Assembly (NCBI GenBank): GCA_038816475.1
Contig: JAWBAI010000001.1
Span: forward strand, 32,001-96,000
DNA length: 64,000 nucleotides
From: Desulfurococcaceae archaeon
GTDB taxonomy: Archaea > Thermoproteota > Thermoprotei_A > Sulfolobales > Desulfurococcaceae
Direction: 5' to 3'
Position numbers and translations under genes: made by a program. Below are positions 49,990-60,643 of the stretch, piece after piece. Numbering within the stretch: the stretch's first letter is position 1; each line of letters starts with the position of its first letter. The notes below the pieces were generated by a model that saw nothing but the letters and a program-made list of their open reading frames with translations, did no database searches and was not told the origin of the DNA.

Positions 49990-50486
49990 AGCTGAAGCTA
50001 GGTAGACTACCGAGAAAGATTGCCTACAAAATAGAGAGACTTGTGTACGAACTCTACGGCGTGAGCACCGGTGACCTTATACCAAAGGACCTTAGGTACA
50101 CTTGCTTTGAAGATCTATGCGTAGTGTACGCGCACGATCCGAGAATACCCGGTACAATGAGCGTAACAGAGATCTTTGGTGGTCATTGGATAGCGCTTTA
50201 CGTTAAAGGAACCCTCGCACCCTCCATACCCTTGGTAAAGGAAATTTACAAGAGAACAGGGCTGAGAGCAGCCATAGTAGTATCAGAGGAGGGTGTGAAG
50301 GCTTTTCTCTACGGGAATGATGTGCTTCCAGAGAGTGTTATTGAACTCGTACCACCTTCAAAAGGACTGTACGCTGTTATAGACTACTACGATAAGGATG
50401 TCGTTGGTTTTGCTAAGTGGAATCCTAAGAAGCGTGTGTACGAAAACATCTACGATATAGGTATTTTCATCAGGCTTCTAGGTTAA
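49965..50486 (+). CDS. NIP7/PUA-domain RNA-binding protein
   Basis: FLYGNDV..DIGIFIR C-terminus; coupled to the NOP2 gene. Confidence 0.7.
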   Translation: MSSKKKIIKLKLGRLPRKIAYKIERLVYELYGVSTGDLIPKDLRYTCFEDLCVVYAHDPRIPGTMSVTEIFGGHWIALYVKGTLAPSIPLVKEIYKRTGLRAAIVVSEEGVKAFLYGNDVLPESVIELVPPSKGLYAVIDYYDKDVVGFAKWNPKKRVYENIYDIGIFIRLLG

Positions 50487-51276
50487 GGAGAGCAATGGAG
50501 CCTTTGAAAGAAGACCTCGAGAGTATGGATGCCAGAGGCTGTGCTACTAGCAGGATTGCTTTTCTTTCGCTACTCATACCCAAATGCACTTTCTCTAATG
50601 CTTTGATTGTGCTGTCGGGGCATTCCCCGGAGAACAGGTCGGTGTAGTACAGAATAACACTATTGGGGAACACCCTGCCTATGTGTTTAGACCTGTACTT
50701 TTCGGGAAGTTCGTGAATTTCAATAAGAAGTTCTAGTACTTCACTTTTTTCAACTAATCTTAGTAACCGGTTCATGTATTTTGAAAGCTTCTCAAGCGAG
50801 AACTGGTACTCGTAGTAACCGGTGTTCGCCTGCTCCTTCTTTCTAAGCTTTTTAACGCTTTCAGCATACTTGTTGATCAGGATTAGAAGCGAAGCTATTT
50901 CAGTAGCTTTGTCGATATCTAAGATGCCCCTAAGCTCAAGTACATGGTCCAGCATATACGTGAATCTCACTGTTTCGGGATCACAGTCGTAGATCCACGT
51001 AGTTGTCATAAATCCCGCTTTTGACAGCTTATCGAGAGCTAACCTGTACTTAGATAGGATAACCGGTGTGTGTTCTCCCATGAAAATAAAGAAAACAGAA
51101 ACAGAGTACTCAGGGGGTGATTTTAGTTCGAGTAAGTCTCCATAAGTGCGCTTTAAGTAAGGATCTATTATTGATACGATGATACTATCACGGCTTATAG
51201 TGATCTTAAAGTGGTCTTCTGGTTGATAGTTGGATATAAGCTCAACGGCTTTTATGTAAACTTCTCTACTGCTCAA
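50470..51276 (-). CDS. Hypothetical protein
   Basis: 268-aa ORF overlapping the kinase stop; no motif recognised. Confidence 0.65.
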   Translation of the reverse strand: MSSREVYIKAVELISNYQPEDHFKITISRDSIIVSIIDPYLKRTYGDLLELKSPPEYSVSVFFIFMGEHTPVILSKYRLALDKLSKAGFMTTTWIYDCDPETVRFTYMLDHVLELRGILDIDKATEIASLLILINKYAESVKKLRKKEQANTGYYEYQFSLEKLSKYMNRLLRLVEKSEVLELLIEIHELPEKYRSKHIGRVFPNSVILYYTDLFSGECPDSTIKALEKVHLGMSSERKAILLVAQPLASILSRSSFKGSIALLNLEA

Positions 51277-52225
51277 GACCTAAATCCTCGAGTTCTATAT
51301 CCTTACAGGATCTCTTCACAACAGTAGCTCTTTCTAGCTGGTATTTAAAAGCATCGGGGTCCCAGAATATGAAGCTACCCTTGCACCCAGTTTTGTAGGT
51401 ACCAGCTGCTACACCGAAAAGAAGAGACTTAGTAACATCACCGGTTTCAAGGTAAGTAGCATTGAAGAATGCGTCGAAAGCATCACCAGCGCCTGTTGTA
51501 TCCACAGGTTTTCTAATAGGCTTAGCTACACCATGGTAACATCTATCTCCAGCCTCAATGCTAATAGCCCCCTTACTCCCCATCTTCACATTGAGTACCT
51601 TCAAACCGATCTTGAAGAAAGACCTTAGATCAGCTCTGCTCTTGATCTTTGCATACTCGGATTCGTTGAGAAATAGCAAATCCAATGAACCCACCACATC
51701 TAGATAGTTAAGAATATCCTCTGCAAAGGGCCCTGGGTCATAGGAGACAATGATAGGCTCCATCTTCACTCGCTTTATAGAGTTCTGCACAAAGCTGGGA
51801 TGCACAGATGCGAAGTGAACCAAGTGCGCTTGTTTCAGTAGAGTGTCACTAAGGTAGCTCGGATCTAGGTGCTTGTTAGCTCCTTGATACCTGATCATTG
51901 CTCTCTCTCCATCAGCTTTCACAAGGACAACAACAAAGCCAGGGGATTCGTCAACAAAATAGAGATGATCTGTTTTAACACCAAGCCTTTCCACTTCTCG
52001 CAGAAAGCTACGTATGAAGTGATCGGTTGAAACTGATGCTACTAAGTACGCTGTGTGACCGTAGCTCGCAACAGCAACAGCGTAGTTTGTCGCCGCTCCA
52101 CCTGGTCTCAGGCTTACTTCTCTGGCGAACAAACCTTCATCGGGTTTGGGAAGAGCATCTACATATACAACTATATCGACGTTGAAGTTCCCAACTGATA
52201 CGTGAACGTAATTCTTAGTAGCCAA
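51266..52225 (-). CDS. PfkB/ribokinase-family kinase
   Basis: GGAATN, SYDPG, NESE, KMGSKG and DTTGAGDAF motifs. Confidence 0.9.
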   Translation of the reverse strand: MATKNYVHVSVGNFNVDIVVYVDALPKPDEGLFAREVSLRPGGAATNYAVAVASYGHTAYLVASVSTDHFIRSFLREVERLGVKTDHLYFVDESPGFVVVLVKADGERAMIRYQGANKHLDPSYLSDTLLKQAHLVHFASVHPSFVQNSIKRVKMEPIIVSYDPGPFAEDILNYLDVVGSLDLLFLNESEYAKIKSRADLRSFFKIGLKVLNVKMGSKGAISIEAGDRCYHGVAKPIRKPVDTTGAGDAFDAFFNATYLETGDVTKSLLFGVAAGTYKTGCKGSFIFWDPDAFKYQLERATVVKRSCKDIELEDLGLEQ

Positions 52226-52233
52226 TTTTCTGG

Positions 52234-53085
52234 TTACCGTCTTACCACCCTTCTGATGACGCTTGGTGTAATGTACTTCAAACCCATTTTGAGAGCCTCA
52301 TTCATCCACTCACTATGTATTTTCACGGCTTCGTTAGCTACCTTAATAGCGTCCTCTACTCCAGCACCAGGCACAAATTCATCGGTTTCTCTATTCGCTA
52401 TTGCTGCACACACCGCGCCAGCTCTAAGTCCGTAGATGCTCGCTAACACAAATATTACAGAAGCCTCCATTTCAAAGTTCAGAACATTAGCGCTCCTCAG
52501 GTACTCTATTAAGCCTTTTTGATGATGAGGTAAGTATCCCTTGAACCCGGGTCTCTCTTGACCCACGTAAAAGCTATCACTACTAGCTGTTAAACCAACG
52601 TGGTATCTAACTCCAAGCGTTTCAGCAGCTTCGATCAAAGCTAGAACAACATCATAGCTTGCAACAGCTGGATACTCTGGAATTACGTAGTGTTTGCTTG
52701 TACCTTCTAGCCTCACAGCACCTGTTGATATTATTAAATCTCCAACCTTGATCTCTTTTTTAAGAGCCCCCGTGGTCCCCACTCTTATGAAAACCTCGGC
52801 TCCAACCCTCGCCAGCTCCTCAACGGCTATAGCCGTTGATGGAGCACCTATACCTGTACTAGTTGCAGATATAAACACTCCCTTGTAGTATCCACTGTAA
52901 GTAACGAACTCTCTATGTGTTGCAACATGCCAATACTCATCCCAGTACTTCGCTATTATTGGAACACGCTCAGGATCTCCAGGTAGAAGAACGTACCTAC
53001 CTACGTCACCTGGTTTCACCATTAAGTGGTACTGAAGACCACTATCTGTTTCAGGAACACTAGCACTCTTGATCCTCTCGGTCAA
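52234..53085 (-). CDS. udp: Uridine/nucleoside phosphorylase
   Basis: QYHL, LPGDPER, STGIG, RVGTTG, SDSFYVGQER and FEME motifs. Confidence 0.88.
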   Translation of the reverse strand: MTERIKSASVPETDSGLQYHLMVKPGDVGRYVLLPGDPERVPIIAKYWDEYWHVATHREFVTYSGYYKGVFISATSTGIGAPSTAIAVEELARVGAEVFIRVGTTGALKKEIKVGDLIISTGAVRLEGTSKHYVIPEYPAVASYDVVLALIEAAETLGVRYHVGLTASSDSFYVGQERPGFKGYLPHHQKGLIEYLRSANVLNFEMEASVIFVLASIYGLRAGAVCAAIANRETDEFVPGAGVEDAIKVANEAVKIHSEWMNEALKMGLKYITPSVIRRVVRR

Positions 53086-53102
53086 TCAAGACACCCAATG
53101 GT

Positions 53103-53618
53103 TTACACAAAGTGGATCTCTGCTTTTAACTTGTCTAGGTCCAATAAAGCGTATGATTTCCTGTTGGTAATATACCCGCATACTTCACCAGGGTTTAAAA
53201 CAAGCTTACCATGTACTCTTTCAGCATCTACTAAGTGTGTGTGCCCGTAGAGTAAAGCATCTATGTCTAAAGAATTCGCCAACGCGTAGACAAGTTTCCT
53301 CGTGTTCTCGGGTGAACCATAACCATGAAACAGCAAAATCCTCTTACCCGAGATTTCTATAACAGTAGGTTCTGAAAAGAAAACCCAGTTGTATTTCGCA
53401 AACAGTGTAGTTAACTGATAAACATCTCCGTCGTTGTTTCCTCTAACAGCAATTACAGGAGTGTCTTTGAGAACTTCTTTCATAAGCCTTACTGTGAAAG
53501 GACTTATGATATCGCCCAAATGAATTACTTTTTCAACATTGTGCTCTAAAATTCTTTGGAGAACTTCCCTGAGAGCAACCAGGTTATCGTGACTATCGCT
53601 CAGTACACCAACGAGCAA
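53103..53618 (-). CDS. Metallophosphoesterase (YfcE/MJ0936 family)
   Basis: SDSHDN, HLGD, GNND, HG, GHTH and NPGE motifs. Confidence 0.9.
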   Translation of the reverse strand: MLVGVLSDSHDNLVALREVLQRILEHNVEKVIHLGDIISPFTVRLMKEVLKDTPVIAVRGNNDGDVYQLTTLFAKYNWVFFSEPTVIEISGKRILLFHGYGSPENTRKLVYALANSLDIDALLYGHTHLVDAERVHGKLVLNPGEVCGYITNRKSYALLDLDKLKAEIHFV

Positions 53619-53636
53619 GTATCCCCTTTAACGGGT

Positions 53637-54224
53637 TTACTCGACTTTTATCTTAAAGCCTTTTCCTTCCTCTTTTCCGATCTTTTTGAGTTTTACCTCG
53701 AGAACACCGTTCTTGTAGGTTGCTCTGGAGGTGTCAGGGTCTACTTTGGCTGGTAGTTCTACCTCCTTGTAGTATTTTCTCTCCTCGTTGGACGCTCTGA
53801 TGATCAGCGTTTTGCCGTCCTCGGTGATCTTTAGGTCGATCTTGTCCTTGTCAACGCCTGGAATCTCCGCTACAACGATCACTTCGTCGTCCTTCTCGAA
53901 AACATCTACGAGAGGCTCGCGCTCCTCGATAATCTCTGGTCTACCTCTTACCCTTTTAACGTTCCCGAACTCCCGGATCACGGGTTTACCATCTGGTCCT
54001 ATTGTGATGCTGAAACCGTAAACGTACGGTTTAATTCCTCTCTTCTCTAGTTCTCTCATTTCCTTCTCAAACTCCTCTGGGGGTGGAAAGCCATAGTAGA
54101 ATCTTCTCATAAGGTGTCTCATGTCTCTGAGAATATCCTCGAAGAACCTGTCAAGCTCATCGAAGATGTCTTCGAAATCACGCTCCCAGAATCTTCTTCG
54201 CCTACGCCACCACTCTTCTCCCAT
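53637..54224 (-). CDS. hsp20: Small heat-shock protein Hsp20
   Basis: PYVYGFSITIGPDGKP, EPLVDVFE..AEIPGV and ATYKNGVLEV motifs. Confidence 0.95.
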   Translation of the reverse strand: MGEEWWRRRRRFWERDFEDIFDELDRFFEDILRDMRHLMRRFYYGFPPPEEFEKEMRELEKRGIKPYVYGFSITIGPDGKPVIREFGNVKRVRGRPEIIEEREPLVDVFEKDDEVIVVAEIPGVDKDKIDLKITEDGKTLIIRASNEERKYYKEVELPAKVDPDTSRATYKNGVLEVKLKKIGKEEGKGFKIKVE

Positions 54225-54346
54225 AACAAACACCCAACACTTCTATAATGCTATGAGAGGTAAATTAATTTAAATTTCAACCCAAACAACTGTATCTAGA
54301 GCTTGGAGCTTGTTTTATTCTACCGGAGGGTTTACAGGTGCTGTGA

Positions 54347-54766
54347 ATGATTAAGGTTTATCACGAGGTTATCAAGGTTAAAACCACCGAGAAGTTTCAG
54401 CTTATAGACATTACCAGGTACGTTGAAGCGGCTGTGGAGAAGTCTCAGGTTAAAAATGGGATCGTCCTGGTATTTGCTCCTCATGCAACAGCGGGGGTTG
54501 TCGTTAATGAAAACGAAAGCGGGTTGATCAGCGATATTCTCGAAAAGATCAAGGAGTTCACGGAGCCCGGGAGTCTCAGGTGGAGACATAATCTAATTGA
54601 CAACAACGCGCATGCTCACATAGGCTCAGCGCTGTTCGGGTCGGAGAGGGTATTACCTGTCATTAACGGTAGGCTGGTAAGGGGTACATGGCAAAACATA
54701 TTCTTGATGGAAATGGATGGTCCTAGACGCGAGAGAGAAGTAGTGGTTTTCGTGATGGGTGATTAA
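54347..54766 (+). CDS. YjbQ/UPF0047 family protein
   Basis: PHATA..NE, NAHAH and GTWQ..EMDGPR motifs. Confidence 0.92.
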   Translation: MIKVYHEVIKVKTTEKFQLIDITRYVEAAVEKSQVKNGIVLVFAPHATAGVVVNENESGLISDILEKIKEFTEPGSLRWRHNLIDNNAHAHIGSALFGSERVLPVINGRLVRGTWQNIFLMEMDGPRREREVVVFVMGD

Positions 54767-55943
54767 GTTGAGACTGTACATAGCTTCAGAAGAAGACATA
54801 TTGAACGGTGTCGTAACGGATATCTACTTCACTAGAACTGTTAAAATACTGAGAGCAAAGGGTATTAGGAAGAAAGTCAGGATGGAATTCCACGTTCACA
54901 AGCTACCTAAAGGCTATGAATGGGCTGTTTTCGCAGGCTTGGAAGAAGTGCTATACGTGCTAAAAGATAAACCGGTCACGGTTTACGCAATGCCTGAGGG
55001 AACGCTATTCAAGGCTGGAGAACCCCTCATGATAATAGAAGGGTACTACGATGATTTCGCAGTTTACGAAACAGCATTGCTCGGCATTCTAAGACACTAC
55101 TCTAGTATTGCTTCCAAAGCTGCTCGAATAAAGAAGCTAGCAGGCAACAAGCGGGTTCTCTTCTTTGGTTTACGTGCATTGCATCCTGCAATAGCACCTA
55201 TGGCTGATCGAGCAGCTTACATTGGCGGCGTGGATGCCGTATCAGGTGTTGTGAGCAGTGTGTACCTATCATTGCAACCGCAGGGTACAATGCCGCACGC
55301 TCTCATTATCGTGTACGGCGATCAGGTTGAAGCATGGAAAGCCTTTGATGAGGTGATCGAGCACGATGTACCAAGAATAATGCTTGTTGACACCTTCTAC
55401 GACGAGAGGATAGAAGCGCTCATGGCAGCACAAACTTTAAAGAATAGACTGTATGGTGTGAGACTCGATACTCCTAGTAGTAGGAGAGGCGATATGAGAG
55501 CTATCGTCGAGGAAGTAAGGTGGACGCTGGATATTCACGGATACAAGAATGTTAAAATAGCTGTAAGCGGCGGTATTGACGAGAAAGAGATTGTTAAACT
55601 ACGAGACATCGTGGACATATTTGGAGTTGGAACCAGTATAGCTATGCCACCTAGTATAGACATAAGTGCTGATATTGTGGAATTGTATGAAGATGGCGAG
55701 TGGAAACCGATTACAAAGAGAGGAAAGCTACCAGGAGCTAAACAAGTCTATAGGAAGAGACCCGGTTTAAATGACATAGTTACATTACTCGATAAACCAC
55801 TTGAAGTACCAGAAGGGTATACACCGTTACTCAGAAAGTACCTTGAAAACGGGAAACTCGTGTGCGAACTCCCTAGGCTGGAGGAAATCAGGAGCTACGT
55901 TCTATCTCAACTAGAGGAAGTTCCTGAACCCCTGGTTGAGTAG
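54759..55943 (+). CDS. pncB: Nicotinate phosphoribosyltransferase
   Basis: [30 protein letters not shown] and FGVGT motifs. Confidence 0.92.
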   Translation: MIKLRLYIASEEDILNGVVTDIYFTRTVKILRAKGIRKKVRMEFHVHKLPKGYEWAVFAGLEEVLYVLKDKPVTVYAMPEGTLFKAGEPLMIIEGYYDDFAVYETALLGILRHYSSIASKAARIKKLAGNKRVLFFGLRALHPAIAPMADRAAYIGGVDAVSGVVSSVYLSLQPQGTMPHALIIVYGDQVEAWKAFDEVIEHDVPRIMLVDTFYDERIEALMAAQTLKNRLYGVRLDTPSSRRGDMRAIVEEVRWTLDIHGYKNVKIAVSGGIDEKEIVKLRDIVDIFGVGTSIAMPPSIDISADIVELYEDGEWKPITKRGKLPGAKQVYRKRPGLNDIVTLLDKPLEVPEGYTPLLRKYLENGKLVCELPRLEEIRSYVLSQLEEVPEPLVE

Positions 55944-56952
55944 CAGATGTTTCATGAACAGAGTTAATCACACTCAACCGCTTGATCATTTCTACCTGGA
56001 ACTAGACGATCAAAGCCTTGCTGTTGTTGTTGGTAACTGGCACTTCCAGTGTTGCATACTAGGCTACGTGAAGTACGTACCCACGAGAGCACAGTCTACC
56101 TGGCGTAGGTCATTTATAAACTATGAACGATTGTTGAAGGTCTACAACCCAGAGGAAGTTTACAAGCAAGCCAACTGGACCATCTATGTCCCCTTCTTTG
56201 ACACCAAAGTCCCTTACATCCCGGTATCCCGTGTACTTAGGGTTTACGACCCTACTAGAAGAGCTCTAGAACTTCACTACAAAGCGAGTGATCAACTGGA
56301 AGAGAAGGCGATTTGCATGCTTTCTCTTATCGAGGAAGGAACAGGCGTGTTACCCGGTGTAACGGGATCTCTTCTACCCGGAATACACAATGTCCATGTT
56401 AGTGACATAGATATCGTAGTATACGGATCAAGGAACTCAAGGGAGGTAATAGAGTTCGTTGACAATAACAGGGACGTATTTAAACCTTTGAATGAAACGC
56501 GGTTGAAAGCTTGGTCAAAGAACATCGCTTACTCAACTGGGCTATCGGAGAACGAGGTGCTCAAGTACTATAGAAACTGGAGAAGAGGTTACTTTGCCGA
56601 CAGGGAGTACTCAATTATATATAATGATGGCACCTACAAAGATGTTTTTCTAATGCCAAGCTACATAACTCGTGGAATAGTAAGAGCTGTTCTCGAAGTG
56701 CATGGAGACCTTAGAGCGCTCAACTACCCATCCATCGGCATGGTAACCAGCTACAGGATTGTTGAGTCCCGATGCAAGGTGGACTACGATATAAGCTACT
56801 TAATGAGTTACGAAGCGTTGTATGTGCCAGGACTTCACGAAGGAGGAGTATTTGAGGTATCGGGGCTTCTGCAGTGTAGTGCGGTAGAGGAGACATGTAG
56901 GATTCTGGTGGGCTCTCACGAATACAGGGGTTTCATGAAGTGGCTACATTAG
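55936..56952 (+). CDS. Predicted archaeal nucleotidyltransferase (Pol-beta superfamily, COG1665-like)
   Basis: [14 protein letters not shown] motif; YVKYVP N-terminal motif. Confidence 0.75.
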   Translation: MSSRCFMNRVNHTQPLDHFYLELDDQSLAVVVGNWHFQCCILGYVKYVPTRAQSTWRRSFINYERLLKVYNPEEVYKQANWTIYVPFFDTKVPYIPVSRVLRVYDPTRRALELHYKASDQLEEKAICMLSLIEEGTGVLPGVTGSLLPGIHNVHVSDIDIVVYGSRNSREVIEFVDNNRDVFKPLNETRLKAWSKNIAYSTGLSENEVLKYYRNWRRGYFADREYSIIYNDGTYKDVFLMPSYITRGIVRAVLEVHGDLRALNYPSIGMVTSYRIVESRCKVDYDISYLMSYEALYVPGLHEGGVFEVSGLLQCSAVEETCRILVGSHEYRGFMKWLH

Positions 56953-57557
56953 GGTCGTCTTTCAGGTTTTTGGCAGTATACGAGTTACTTGGATCTAAAA
57001 GCATGGAGAGAACACTGTGTTTTCTATCGAAGCATTTCAAAGCGAATACCGTTATACTACTAGGTAACACTACTTCTCCTTCAGCTATTTACTGGTTAAG
57101 CAAGGTATGCGGTGCCACGATACTAGGAGTGCTAGGCGAACTAGATAACCCCGCGGTATCTCAGGCGTTGAAGGCTGTTAACGGTTTACTGGATTGCCGT
57201 GGAGCAACAGTACATGGTTTAAAGCTGTTCGGGTACGGTGTTGGCACCTGTAGTAGTACATGCAACGTAGCTGACAGCATCGATGTTCTCGTTACTAGTC
57301 AGCCTGGCTTCATTCGAAGCTGCTGTAAACTAGGTAATGATAATGTTGACCACCTGCACGACCTTTTGAGACCTAAACTACTGCTTACAGGTGGATGTAG
57401 ATATCCTTGCATGCGCGATAGAATATACTCACCAGGATCTCTAAGACTCGGCTACTTTGGTGTTCTCAGCGTAGACCCCAGCAAGGGTGTTTACGAGTTC
57501 ACAGTGTACCAGTTGGATAAATACTTCAAGAAGACTCCGGCTTTGCAGATATCATAG
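56940..57557 (+). CDS. Degenerate metallophosphoesterase-fold protein, Cys-rich
   Basis: Motif spacing follows Icc phosphoesterases but the metal ligands are substituted. Confidence 0.55.
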   Translation: MATLGSSFRFLAVYELLGSKSMERTLCFLSKHFKANTVILLGNTTSPSAIYWLSKVCGATILGVLGELDNPAVSQALKAVNGLLDCRGATVHGLKLFGYGVGTCSSTCNVADSIDVLVTSQPGFIRSCCKLGNDNVDHLHDLLRPKLLLTGGCRYPCMRDRIYSPGSLRLGYFGVLSVDPSKGVYEFTVYQLDKYFKKTPALQIS

Positions 57558-57599
57558 GTCTTTTTAAGCTTTTAATAGGATAATCTGTGAAGGGCTTAG

Positions 57600-59009
57600 A
57601 TGCTTAATGTTGTGTTGAATCCAAGAAGCATAGCTGTTGTAGGTGCGAGTAGAACCCCTGGTAAAATAGGCTACACAATAATGGACAATCTCGTAAAATA
57701 CGGCTATAAGGGAAAACTGTACCCGGTTAATCCCCACGCTGATGAAATTATGGGGTTTAAAGCCTATCCAAGCATCTCAGCGATACCAGACGATGTGGAC
57801 GTCGCTATTATAGCTGTTCCGGCAAGCGCTGTACCAGACGTAATAGAGGACTGCGGAAGAAGGGGTGTTAAAGTAGCTGTTGTAATAACATCGGGATTTT
57901 CCGAGGTTGGTAACGTAGAGCTCGAGGAGAAGGTAGTTAAGCTGGCTAAGGAGTACGGTGTTAGAATTCTAGGACCCAACATATTCGGCTATGCTTACAC
58001 GCATAGCAATGTTAATGCGACATTCGGACCTACCGAAGTTGTCAAAGGGAACATAGCGTTCATAACCCAGAGTGGTGCTCTGGGTATAGCACTAATGGGC
58101 TGGACGGTGATGAACGAGATCGGTTTATCGGCTCTCTTCAGCGTAGGTAATATGGTTGACATAGACGTTGTTGAGCTCTCTGAGCTCCTGGCTGAAGACG
58201 AGAACACACGCGTTATCACAATCTACTTGGAGGGCATAAAACCGGGAACAGGAAAGAACTTCATCAGTAGAATGTCGAAGGTTACATCCAGAAAACCCGT
58301 AGTTGCTATCAAAGCGGGTAGATCTCAGCGAGGTATGAAAGCTGTGGCGAGTCATACTGGAAGCCTCGCTGGAAGTGATGCTTTCTACGAAGCTGCGTTT
58401 AAACAAGCTGGTATAATCAGAGCTTACACCGTTGAAGAGATGTTCGATATAGCAAGAGCATTCGCGCTGCAGGAACTACCACGAGGTGAAAATACCGTTG
58501 TGATCACAAACGGTGGGGGTGCTGGCGTACTTGCAACAGACGCTGCTGAGCTCACTGGAGTTAAACTACTTGAGCCCACGGGTGATCTCATGGACAAGTT
58601 CAGGCAGGCGATGCCCTGGTTTGGTAGTCCTAAAAACCCTGTTGACTTGACTGGCCAGGCATCCGTGGACAACTATCTTAAGGCGCTTAAGGTAGCTGCT
58701 GAGTCCCCCGAAATAGACAACATAGTAATTCTGTACTGCAGAACAGCTGTTCTTGATCCTGTTGATCTCGCTAAAGCTATTGTAGACTTCTACAAGGAGA
58801 ACAGTGTGAATAAGACAACCGTTGTATCGTTCATAGGAGGAGAAGACGTCAACGAGGCGATCAGAATTCTTAACAGACACGGGTTACCAGCGTATCCTTC
58901 GCCGGAGAGAGCTGTTTATGCATTATCAAAAATGCTGTGGTATAGAAGATACTTGCTTAGAAAAATGAGAAGTGAGGCTTTAACTCAACAGGTTTCTATA
59001 TCAATCTAG
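57600..59009 (+). CDS. acdA: Acetate-CoA ligase (ADP-forming) alpha subunit
   Basis: AVVGAS, LGPNIFG, QSGALG, SHTGSLAG, TNGGGAGV and NPVDLTG motifs. Confidence 0.92.
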   Translation: MLNVVLNPRSIAVVGASRTPGKIGYTIMDNLVKYGYKGKLYPVNPHADEIMGFKAYPSISAIPDDVDVAIIAVPASAVPDVIEDCGRRGVKVAVVITSGFSEVGNVELEEKVVKLAKEYGVRILGPNIFGYAYTHSNVNATFGPTEVVKGNIAFITQSGALGIALMGWTVMNEIGLSALFSVGNMVDIDVVELSELLAEDENTRVITIYLEGIKPGTGKNFISRMSKVTSRKPVVAIKAGRSQRGMKAVASHTGSLAGSDAFYEAAFKQAGIIRAYTVEEMFDIARAFALQELPRGENTVVITNGGGAGVLATDAAELTGVKLLEPTGDLMDKFRQAMPWFGSPKNPVDLTGQASVDNYLKALKVAAESPEIDNIVILYCRTAVLDPVDLAKAIVDFYKENSVNKTTVVSFIGGEDVNEAIRILNRHGLPAYPSPERAVYALSKMLWYRRYLLRKMRSEALTQQVSISI

Positions 59010-59328
59010 CACCTGGTTTTACATTCGATGCTGTGGTAACTATAACCGGTGGATCTGTATCGGTAGCTAGAATCATACCTTGGCTTTCTAGGCCCATGAG
59101 CCTTTTTGGTTTCAAGTTCGCAACTACAACTACTTGCTTACCAATGAAGTACTCTGGAGAATACCACTGGGCTAACCCGGCGATAATCTGTCTCTCACCA
59201 AGCTCTCCAAGGTCGATGATAAGTCTTAGCAGTTTACCGCTACCAGGAACTTTCTCAGCATACTTTACTAAGCCGACTCTGAGATCTACTCTTTTAAACT
59301 CCTCTATTGAGATATACCCTTCGCTCAT
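58996..59328 (-). CDS. Stand-alone tRNA-binding OB domain (Trbp111/MetRS C-terminal-like)
   Basis: DLRVG, RQIIAG and NLKPKRLMGLESQGM motifs. Confidence 0.9.
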   Translation of the reverse strand: MSEGYISIEEFKRVDLRVGLVKYAEKVPGSGKLLRLIIDLGELGERQIIAGLAQWYSPEYFIGKQVVVVANLKPKRLMGLESQGMILATDTDPPVIVTTASNVKPGARLI

Positions 59329-59368
59329 AGCACCACCATATCTACTTTCAAGTAACTACGAAGACTAA

Positions 59369-60097
59369 TTAAATCTCGCAAACCCGATTCTTCTCCCTGC
59401 AGAGCTCCAGGAAAATATCCAATGGGGTTTTACCAGATAATCCCGCGTAGAGCTCTAGCACTTTCTCGTTTACCTCTCTATCCAAAACTCGAGGCAGGAT
59501 CTTTACTAACTCTGTGTATAGTTTTTGAAGTCTACTTTTACCCTCCACTAGTACCTTGTTCATTACCTCCACTAGAGATTGAAGCTCCTGTCTAGGTACA
59601 AGTAGCTTTGAACCTACTCTAACAAGCTGAGATACATATACACCTGTTACAAGCTCTACGAAAACCCCCTTGGACGGGCTAACGTGCATAATTCCGCTGT
59701 GCTTGAACCCTACTCTCCTTGCTACATTGAGTATTTCGACAGCTCTTTTCAATTTTAGTGCTGATACGTGTATTATAGGTCCTGTAACAATCATCCAAAA
59801 ACCTCTATGGGGTTCTAGTCTATAAATGAACTCCACTTCGCTGGACTCTACAGGTACATGTGATTTAAACACGATGTTTGTTTCATCCCTCTGCCAAGGC
59901 GTATCGGAGTCCATTACTACAATCCTACCACTACAACTACTAGTTGTGTACAATTCGGCATCTAGATTTACAAGTATCAGCAAAGGGAGAAGGTCCCTGT
60001 CCACATAGCCTATTTCAAGATCCTCGTGCACACGCTTCCAGAAGTACTCTTTACTCTTGCGCCAGAGATCAATAGAGATTCTCATAGAGAATCCCAA
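59369..60097 (-). CDS. taw3: tRNA wyosine-synthesis methyltransferase Taw3/TYW3
   Basis: YTTSSCSGRI, KSH, PIIHV and GFKHSG motifs. Confidence 0.88.
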   Translation of the reverse strand: MGFSMRISIDLWRKSKEYFWKRVHEDLEIGYVDRDLLPLLILVNLDAELYTTSSCSGRIVVMDSDTPWQRDETNIVFKSHVPVESSEVEFIYRLEPHRGFWMIVTGPIIHVSALKLKRAVEILNVARRVGFKHSGIMHVSPSKGVFVELVTGVYVSQLVRVGSKLLVPRQELQSLVEVMNKVLVEGKSRLQKLYTELVKILPRVLDREVNEKVLELYAGLSGKTPLDIFLELCREKNRVCEI

Positions 60098-60203
60098 AGC
60101 TTCCCCTTGATCACCACTTCAACACTACAACGTTAAAATGGACCAATAACCCTGGGAAAACCTTTTCATCATTTAATACCTCCTAAAATCTATACTTTAA
60201 GCG

Positions 60204-60524
60204 GTGAATTTGTTGGGTATCTATGAAGTAGCTTTTAATCCGCCCTCGGTCGTAGTAATGCTTATTCAGTTCGTACTCGGACTAGCGCTGGGTTATGTCT
60301 CGGTGAAAGCACTAAAGTACATAATAGCGTTCATAGCTGTACTTGTACTAGGTGTAATGCTGTCCATCTGGAATCTTGGAACATTACGTAAAGAGGTACT
60401 AGAATCACTTGGTTTAACAATAGAGGCGATCTTTAAACTCCTACTCATACTAATGATCACAGCAGCTGGGCCTACATTAATTGGCTTCATCGTTGGCATA
60501 GTGGTATCAATACTGAAAGGATGA
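60204..60524 (+). CDS. Small membrane protein
   Basis: Three to four hydrophobic helices. Confidence 0.7.
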   Translation: MNLLGIYEVAFNPPSVVVMLIQFVLGLALGYVSVKALKYIIAFIAVLVLGVMLSIWNLGTLRKEVLESLGLTIEAIFKLLLILMITAAGPTLIGFIVGIVVSILKG

Positions 60525-60643
60525 ACAAAGATTTTCGAGCACCCTTGTCATTAATATTAAAACGTTAAATTAGAGCTTTGTTCAAATGTATAACTACCTA
60601 GTTTTTACGTAAATCACCATGTAGCACGTAGAGGTCATAAACC

